Assembly (NCBI GenBank): GCA_964412585.1
Contig: CAYPPJ010000001.1
Coordinates: 84,151-148,150 of the forward strand
Source: an uncultured Candidatus Saccharibacteria bacterium
Lineage (GTDB): Bacteria > Patescibacteriota > Minisyncoccia > Phycocordibacterales > PALSA-1337
Reading direction: 5' to 3'
DNA: 64,000 nucleotides
Positions 58,225 through 64,000 of this stretch are shown here, in pieces (the first letter of the stretch is position 1; every line of letters starts with the position of its first letter). The translations under genes were made by a program, and so were the position numbers. The notes beneath the pieces are model-generated. The model searched no databases and was not told the origin of the DNA. It saw only the letters and a program-made list of their open reading frames with translations.

Positions 58225-58666
58225 GGTACACCTCCTTTCGAAGGACATACTCAAAGGCGATGAGAATGGCGAGCTTGCCATAAGCAGCTCTCCCGCCAGT
58301 CACCATCTTCGAGCTCCACGTTGTGTCCTTACCTGCTTTTTTCAGCACACGGATAAGGATGTTGATCGACGCAATTGTTGCGTCATGAACGGTGCCGCGA
58401 ATCTGTTCAATCTCCGCACGCGTACCATCCATGTTTGATTCTTGCCCACGGGCGACGACCTGTTCGAACCTGCACACCGTCTCGGCATACCGGAGCGAAT
58501 AGGTTACCATATCCCGCAAACAATCCTCTAAAGTCTCATTCCCCTGGCACAGGGCATCGAGACTTTCGAAAGAAATAAATGGGTTTTTCAAACCCTTCAT
58601 TCCCTGTGCCTTAGGAGGAACATCAGGTGCAAGCACTCTGACCTCCTCATGTGATATTGTTGTCAT
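58214..58666 (-). CDS. Hypothetical helical protein
   Basis: 150-aa ORF (RGTVHDATIASINILIR) with a TTGACT...TGCTATAAT promoter and GAGG SD. Confidence 0.65.
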   Translation of the reverse strand: MTTISHEEVRVLAPDVPPKAQGMKGLKNPFISFESLDALCQGNETLEDCLRDMVTYSLRYAETVCRFEQVVARGQESNMDGTRAEIEQIRGTVHDATIASINILIRVLKKAGKDTTWSSKMVTGGRAAYGKLAILIAFEYVLRKEVYRGQ

Positions 58667-58801
58667 TGATCTACCTCAAGTACTATTATAGCACACTATG
58701 TGCCATTTAGTCAATAGACATTATATAATCCATATTTTAAGCCATATTTTTGCATACAAAAAACCGCCCTCCCCTTTGGAAAGAGCGGTGCGGAAACAAC
58801 T

Positions 58802-59359
58802 TCAATCTTCACTTTCAACAGCCTTTCCTAAACCTTCCAGTATCTGAACATTGGGTAATAATGTAAAAAAACTGCCCGCGACCACTAATTTGGACTTTCG
58901 TATCCCACTCCCAATCACCACTAATGGGGCATCTGTTACAGCCTTGTCGACCAGCACTGACCAGCTCGTTGGGAGTCCAACAGAAGTGATCGCACCGTAT
59001 TCCATCCCTGATTCCTTCACCGCCTTTTGCATTTGTGCAAATGAAACCTTGCGAGCATCAAGAATTCGGCGCGCCAACCCATTCACATCCGCGCGAGTAT
59101 TACTCAAAATAGCGCAGGCTGCAAACCAAGTCCGCTCCCCTCTTTTGGCTTCAAGAATGACGCAATTTGAAACTTGGTCCCGATTTATTTGATAGGTTGA
59201 ACAAAACGCAGCAGTATCCGAGGCCACCGGATCAATCTCCACAACACCAATATTATCTGCGCCAGGCAGTATTGCCAACGCGGCCGCGACAGATGGCGAC
59301 ATCAGTTCGGGGTGCTCTAGAGCTGGTACGCAAGTTAGGGTGCCAATTTTTATATTCAT
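58802..59359 (-). CDS. YbaK/prolyl-tRNA editing-family protein
   Basis: DTAAFC, SNCVI, SGMEYGAIT and GSGIRKSK motifs. Confidence 0.88.
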   Translation of the reverse strand: MNIKIGTLTCVPALEHPELMSPSVAAALAILPGADNIGVVEIDPVASDTAAFCSTYQINRDQVSNCVILEAKRGERTWFAACAILSNTRADVNGLARRILDARKVSFAQMQKAVKESGMEYGAITSVGLPTSWSVLVDKAVTDAPLVVIGSGIRKSKLVVAGSFFTLLPNVQILEGLGKAVESED

Positions 59360-59679
59360 ATGTTTTTCAAAGAATACACATCATACGCAACCTCTTCATA
59401 CGGATGCACATTCTTCATTGCCTCAATAACAGCCTTCAGTTTTTCACGCGCACAAGTGACCTCAATTCGCTCTTCAAGAATTTCTTCAATCTTCCCTACA
59501 GTTCCTATAAATGGATTCGCACCATCACCCGGCTTTGAGCGCCCAATACCTTTTACTGAAAATGAACAAAAGCTGTAGTTGCCGATTTGACCTGCGCCGG
59601 CCTGAGCCATTGCCTCACGAACAACATCCGTGTGGGTTTCTGGAACATACACAACAATTTTTACATTTTTTGAATCCAT
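59356..59679 (-). CDS. YqfO-like protein (standalone NIF3 PII-like insert domain)
   Basis: GAGQIGNYSFCSF, GANPFIG and HPYEEVAYDV motifs. Confidence 0.88.
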   Translation of the reverse strand: MDSKNVKIVVYVPETHTDVVREAMAQAGAGQIGNYSFCSFSVKGIGRSKPGDGANPFIGTVGKIEEILEERIEVTCAREKLKAVIEAMKNVHPYEEVAYDVYSLKNI

Positions 59680-60536
59680 GTTTTTATTTGATCAGCCAAT
59701 TGCTGTTCATACCTATAATATCCATGATTAGCATCTCCCAAAATTACCGTTTCAACTCGAGAAGAATGTACCATGGCACCTTTAATTCGGCTCATCATTT
59801 CTTCAATAGGAACTGACAGTGCGCTGTCTTTTCTTCCCATTATAGTAATACTTGGAAGAGTAATCATAGCTAACACACTCAACGGGTTATTTTTTTGATA
59901 CAGATTAAATATCGAGACTTTTGATTCATTCGTTGAAAGGTCTATGAATGTATTGGCCGATAAATAACAATCATCCCAAATAAGTCCAGGCATGAGTTCA
60001 CCACCTTTTCCTTCTGCGATCATCTTTTGTGCCACATTGATGTCATGATCGTAATTCTTATCAGCAACCGCAAGACCAACCATGTCTGCTGGAGAAAGAA
60101 ATAGGAGCGACGTAAGACGTGTATCCTTGGTTTCAGTGCTATAGTATGCAATTTTCGGTCCACCAAGACTATGACCTGAAAGGTGTATTCTTGAAAAACC
60201 TCTACTTGAAATAAAATCAATCGCCGTGCGAATATCTAACAAGCAATCGGTAAACCGTTCAAACGTATCGCCAAACCTCACAATTTTACGCCGCTCCCCT
60301 TCATATTGCGTCAAATCCTTGATAAATTCACACCCACGATTATTAAAAGTAAAAAACGCAATGCCTTCAGAGGTAAGTGTCTGGGCAATTGAGTCAAGAA
60401 ATCTATTCTCATAGAAATTCCCCGCCATACCATGTACGTGGACAAGGATGCTCTTTGTCACTACCTCAGGTTCATACAAAAGTCCCACAAGTTCTATTTG
60501 ATCAGAAGTAACCATGCGGCAGAGTGATGTTTTCAT
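59661..60536 (-). CDS. Alpha/beta hydrolase (DUF1749-like)
   Basis: HVHGMAGNFY, GHSLG nucleophile elbow, DANHGY. Confidence 0.85.
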   Translation of the reverse strand: MKTSLCRMVTSDQIELVGLLYEPEVVTKSILVHVHGMAGNFYENRFLDSIAQTLTSEGIAFFTFNNRGCEFIKDLTQYEGERRKIVRFGDTFERFTDCLLDIRTAIDFISSRGFSRIHLSGHSLGGPKIAYYSTETKDTRLTSLLFLSPADMVGLAVADKNYDHDINVAQKMIAEGKGGELMPGLIWDDCYLSANTFIDLSTNESKVSIFNLYQKNNPLSVLAMITLPSITIMGRKDSALSVPIEEMMSRIKGAMVHSSRVETVILGDANHGYYRYEQQLADQIKTWIQKM

Positions 60537-60622
60537 ACAGACATTATGCCACACAATGAAATCTCCAGCGAATCTTTATCAATTCTTCACCATTTCTTCA
60601 TTTCGTTTTGATACAGTCGGCA

Positions 60623-60821
60623 GGTGGGAGGAATTTCCTCTCCACGTGGGCCCGGAGGTGGTCCTCGACTCATTTTCGCTAACTTGGGTTTACGGGTTCG
60701 ACTCCTCAATGAGCACATTGACCTACTGGGCGTCGGGTCCACAATCAACTTGACAAGACCAGTCAAACTGATAAAGTTGTTCCATTAGCGAAGATGAGTC
60801 GAATAGGTGCAAGACCACCTC
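60623..60821. ncRNA. Candidate structured RNA/DNA element (long stem plus possible pseudoknots)
   Basis: 60655-60682 pairs with 60785-60821 around a 10-nt bulge; internal hairpin 60744-60772. Confidence 0.45.
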
Positions 60822-60858
60822 AAAACAAAAACCCGCCTCTCGGCGGATTTTTGTTTGA
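60821..60858 (-). terminator. Rho-independent terminator (possibly bidirectional)
   Basis: Minus strand AAAAATCCGCC-GAGA-GGCGGGTTTTTGTTTTG. Confidence 0.75.
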
Positions 60859-60934
60859 TAACATTTTTATTTTGGAGTCGCACCCGTCGCTTGCTCTTCC
60901 TAATTACTAGTTACTCATTACTAATCTCTTGTGT

Positions 60935-62227
60935 TTATATCTTCGGACGATTGAATATAAGATAGACAACCGTTGCGAAGAGAACCAAGATAATCAAGAT
61001 AGCGACCCAACCCCATGGAACATTCTTCAACGAGAAGAGTGCTGCGGCTGAGAGACCATTTGAATTTTGATTGGTATTAGGCTGAACCTGTTGAACAGGC
61101 TGCTGTACTGGCTGCGTAGGTGCAGCTGCTGTTGCTGAACGCACAGTGACACTGGTGCTACATGCACGAGTCGCTGTCTTTCCGTCTGCAGATTTGACTG
61201 AGACGATAGCGCTCTTGTCGCCTGTTGAAGTGTAGTACTTGATCGCTGTGCTGTCTGTACCACCCAAGCCGTCAGAACCGGTCCAGGTATAGGTATACGA
61301 ACCAACACCACCAGTTACTTCAGCTCTCCAGGTAACTGGCTGGTTGACGCGAACAGTTGATGGATCTGCATAACATGCAACATCGAGGCCGCTGTTATTT
61401 GAACCAGTGACAACTGGAATGACACCGCCATAGTATCCGCCAACATTGACGTTGCCACAGTTTGCGGTCATAGTCTGACCATTTGAATAAATAGTCACAC
61501 TTGCGGTCTTTAGACCAGGGATCGGATAGGTGTAATACATTGACTGACTTACACCATAGAGACCATCGGTACCTGACCAGCTATAGCTATAGACACCACT
61601 ACCACCTGATGGATATGCGCTCCACGTAACAGAGTTACCTGAATTTGCATACAATGTGCTTGCAGAACAAGTCACGTACAATGCAGGACCATAGGTATTG
61701 TAATTGTAATTTGGGTAGGTGTTGTAATAGTTCGGATACGTGTTGTAGTTATAATTTGGGTATATATTGTAATCATAACTTACATCACCTGAGATACGAG
61801 CTGTTCCATCACAAATCTTAGTGACAGATTGACCACCAGATGTGACAGTTACGCTCGCACTCTTTGAACCAGAACGATAGTAAATTTTTGAGATAGAAGA
61901 GCCGTAGCCTGAGAGACTGTCGTCACCAGACCATGTGAAATTGTAGGAACCGTTACCTCCGTACGCAGAAGCAACCCAGTTGACTGAATCTCCTGTGCGC
62001 GCAGAAATCGGCATCGGGTAACAGGTAGCCTGAAGTGGCCCCTGATCATTTCGTGGCGGCTGATGATAGTAATTATTATCGTAGTTGTACGACGGAGTAC
62101 CGTAGTAGCCACGATCATAGTAGTCAGCACGAGCCTGACTCGGATTCATCGCGATAACACCAAGAGCGAGCATGAGTGACATGACGCCAAGGGTCATAAA
62201 GCTTATTGTGCGGGTAATGTTTTTCAT
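60935..62227 (-). CDS. Surface protein with three PKD/Ig-like repeats, Tyr/Asn-rich linkers and a C-terminal TM anchor
   Basis: Signal peptide; 3x C...VxWxA...GGxGxYxYxW(S/T)GxDxL...YxxxGxKxAxVxV...C; NYNYNTYP repeats; PQ-rich stalk; TM then RPKI. Confidence 0.8.
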   Translation of the reverse strand: MKNITRTISFMTLGVMSLMLALGVIAMNPSQARADYYDRGYYGTPSYNYDNNYYHQPPRNDQGPLQATCYPMPISARTGDSVNWVASAYGGNGSYNFTWSGDDSLSGYGSSISKIYYRSGSKSASVTVTSGGQSVTKICDGTARISGDVSYDYNIYPNYNYNTYPNYYNTYPNYNYNTYGPALYVTCSASTLYANSGNSVTWSAYPSGGSGVYSYSWSGTDGLYGVSQSMYYTYPIPGLKTASVTIYSNGQTMTANCGNVNVGGYYGGVIPVVTGSNNSGLDVACYADPSTVRVNQPVTWRAEVTGGVGSYTYTWTGSDGLGGTDSTAIKYYTSTGDKSAIVSVKSADGKTATRACSTSVTVRSATAAAPTQPVQQPVQQVQPNTNQNSNGLSAAALFSLKNVPWGWVAILIILVLFATVVYLIFNRPKI

Positions 62228-62358
62228 AAATGGTTATATCACTACAATATGGCTATATTAAGCCATATAGTAATCATACGGCTCTTATATGTAGTAATGG
62301 TCAGTATTCTATACTAAAATATAGAAAAAGTCAAGTGTCAACTATTACAACGCCTTGA

Positions 62359-62463
62359 GCACCACGCACCGAGAAGTGTCTTGTCGTTCCAATAAAAGAT
62401 ATGGTTTGCGGATAGAGTGGTAGCTACTATTTGCACTCCAAGACACTTCTCGGTGCGTGGTGC
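62359..62463. repeat. Perfect 25-bp inverted repeat with a 55-nt spacer (MITE/REPIN-like)
   Basis: GCACCACGCACCGAGAAGTGTCTTG (62359-62383) / CAAGACACTTCTCGGTGCGTGGTGC (62439-62463). Confidence 0.8.
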
Positions 62464-62505
62464 GAAACTACTTACACTTTGGTAATAATTTGCTACAATG
62501 GCCCC

Positions 62506-63813
62506 ATGTCAAAAGACATGAAAAAACTCAGTACTAATGCCTACAAGGGCGTCCGAGACTTCTTCCCTCCTGAAATGGCAGTGGAGAAGCAGATTTTTGA
62601 TATCTGGAGAAAGACCGTCGAAAAGTACGGATATGAAGAATACGGTGCATCAGTCCTCGAGCCAGCCGAACTCTACAAAGCAAAATCAGGTGACGAGATC
62701 GTGAACGAGCAGACCTATACATTTACCGACCGTGGAGATCGTGAAGTCACCCTCCGACCAGAGATGACACCAAGTCTTGCTCGTATGGTTGCCGCTCGCA
62801 AGCGAGAACTTGTCTTTCCTCTCCGTTGGTACTCCATCCCGAATCTCTTCCGCTACGAACAGCCACAGCGTGGACGTGTCCGCGAACATTGGCAGCTCAA
62901 TGTTGATATTTTTGGAGTTGAGTCTATCGCTGCAGAAATAGAAGCCATCTCAATTGCGTGTGATATTACACGCGCGTACGGTCTCAAGGACAGCGACTTT
63001 GAGGTGCGCATCAACAATCGCAAGGTCATGAACTATGTGACTCGCGATGTTTTTGGCTTGGACGAGGGTGCAGCACAGACTATTTCAAAACTTATTGATA
63101 AAAAGGACAAAGTGAAACCAGAATGGTTCGAGGCGGCCGCAACAGAAGTGCTCGGTGACAAGACAAAGCAATTTTTGACATTACTCAATTCAAAAAACTT
63201 TGAAGAGTTTGCCTCGAGCCTTCCACAGACTACCGACGAACATGTTGGTCTCAAAGAGATTCGCGAAGTCATCGCCGGGTTGGAGCGCCTCGGGATTACC
63301 AATGCGCGCTTTGATCAAACACTGATGCGCGGATTTGACTATTACACAGGCATCGTCTTTGAAGTCTATGACCTCAACCCGCTCAACCGTCGCTCAGTAT
63401 TTGGCGGAGGCCGTTATGATGATTTGCTTTCCCTTTTTGGTAATGAAAAAGTTCCAGCCGTTGGTTTTGGAGCCGGCGACGTTATTGCACGTGACCTGAT
63501 GGAAACATACAACACCGTTCCAATGACAAGTGTGTCTGCTGATGTTGCCCTTTGTGTCGTTGGTGACCAAAATACTCCTTACGCACTCGAAGTCGCTCAG
63601 TCACTACGAAATAGGAATATTCGTGTTGCTATCGACCTTTCTAATAAAAAGCTTGGTGACCAAATAAAAAATGCTGACAAGCGTAGCATTCCTCGCATTA
63701 TATGCATTGGGGACGAAGAAGTTAAAAATGGCAAACTCCGCATGAAGATACTGGCTACCGGAGAAGAGCTGTCTGGAACTGACGAAGAATTGGCGCGCAC
63801 TATTCGGGTATAG
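62506..63813 (+). CDS. hisS: Histidine--tRNA ligase
   Basis: KGVRDF, LRPEMT, FRYEQPQRGR, RGFDYYTG and GGGRYD motifs. Confidence 0.98.
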   Translation: MSKDMKKLSTNAYKGVRDFFPPEMAVEKQIFDIWRKTVEKYGYEEYGASVLEPAELYKAKSGDEIVNEQTYTFTDRGDREVTLRPEMTPSLARMVAARKRELVFPLRWYSIPNLFRYEQPQRGRVREHWQLNVDIFGVESIAAEIEAISIACDITRAYGLKDSDFEVRINNRKVMNYVTRDVFGLDEGAAQTISKLIDKKDKVKPEWFEAAATEVLGDKTKQFLTLLNSKNFEEFASSLPQTTDEHVGLKEIREVIAGLERLGITNARFDQTLMRGFDYYTGIVFEVYDLNPLNRRSVFGGGRYDDLLSLFGNEKVPAVGFGAGDVIARDLMETYNTVPMTSVSADVALCVVGDQNTPYALEVAQSLRNRNIRVAIDLSNKKLGDQIKNADKRSIPRIICIGDEEVKNGKLRMKILATGEELSGTDEELARTIRV

Positions 63814-63890
63814 TCCCCAATACTGCAATTTGACAGGAAAATAGGCTTGGGGCATGATTAATGCCGAACAGCTTAACAACGGAATAGCTT

Positions 63891-64000
63891 ATGAACAAAC
63901 CCCATTCCAGCCGGATTATTGTTGCCGGTTGTGCCCAAATGGCCTATGTCTCCGGTGCACTTGAACGTACACTGCCAGACTACGATTGCGCACTGATGTA
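63891..64000 (+). CDS. Start of a hypothetical protein (truncated by the window edge)
   Basis: MNKPHSSRIIVAGCAQMAYVSG is open to the end of the window; TTGACA-17 nt-CATGAT upstream. Confidence 0.4.
   Translation, partial: MNKPHSSRIIVAGCAQMAYVSGALERTLPDYDCALM

Noticed and set aside
60628-60638. GAGGAATTTCC resembling RNase P CR-I
   Set aside because: It sits in a local hairpin and no complementary P4 partner was found downstream.
60694-60717. GGGTTCGACTCC as part of a tRNA gene
   Set aside because: No matching acceptor stem, D-arm or anticodon arm could be built.
1-64000. CRISPR array, integron, prophage, transposase, retron/DGR reverse transcriptase, rRNA
   Set aside because: No regularly spaced direct repeats and no ORF with the relevant motifs were seen.
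1-64000. Alternative genetic code (UGA = Gly, as in Gracilibacteria/SR1)
   Set aside because: Conserved genes are full length under code 11 and some end at TGA (e.g. holB, mrdA-operon neighbours, GH130).

Overview
This 64-kb window looks like the core chromosome of a small-genome bacterium, most likely Patescibacteria/CPR (Parcubacteria-like). That is an inference from gene style and content: short ProS, ThrS and HolB, a degenerate PriA, a sigma4-HTH/HARE-HTH protein and a type IV pilin. TGA acts as a stop (code 11). It encodes five aminoacyl-tRNA synthetases (leuS, lysS, proS, thrS, hisS) and mnmA, ychF, greA, frr, def, fmt, raiA and rplU. Replication and repair genes are dnaB, recR, priA, holB and rmuC. 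Cell-wall genes are two mreB copies, mreC, a putative mreD, pbp2, murA, mltG and a D,D-carboxypeptidase. It also has tRNA-Asn, an accessory block downstream of it (DipZ, YibE/F, Fur, CooC-like ATPase, CysK-rhodanese) and a GH130/PMM/PMI mannoside module. No CRISPR array, rRNA, integrase or transposase was seen. The main observations are: (1) an unannotated ~500-nt, densely base-paired intergenic RNA candidate at ~13.67-14.18 kb with its own promoter, boxA-like leader, GNRA tetraloops, long-range helices and terminator; (2) LeuRS with two NUDIX domains and a Ham1/ITPase-like domain inserted in frame; (3) a second, possibly pseudoknotted RNA candidate at ~60.6-60.85 kb plus other long structured intergenic elements; (4) a Fur-family-controlled metal/sulfur module with a candidate operator; (5) pervasive leaderless gene starts. 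All family assignments come from motifs recognised by eye; no searches or folding programs were run.
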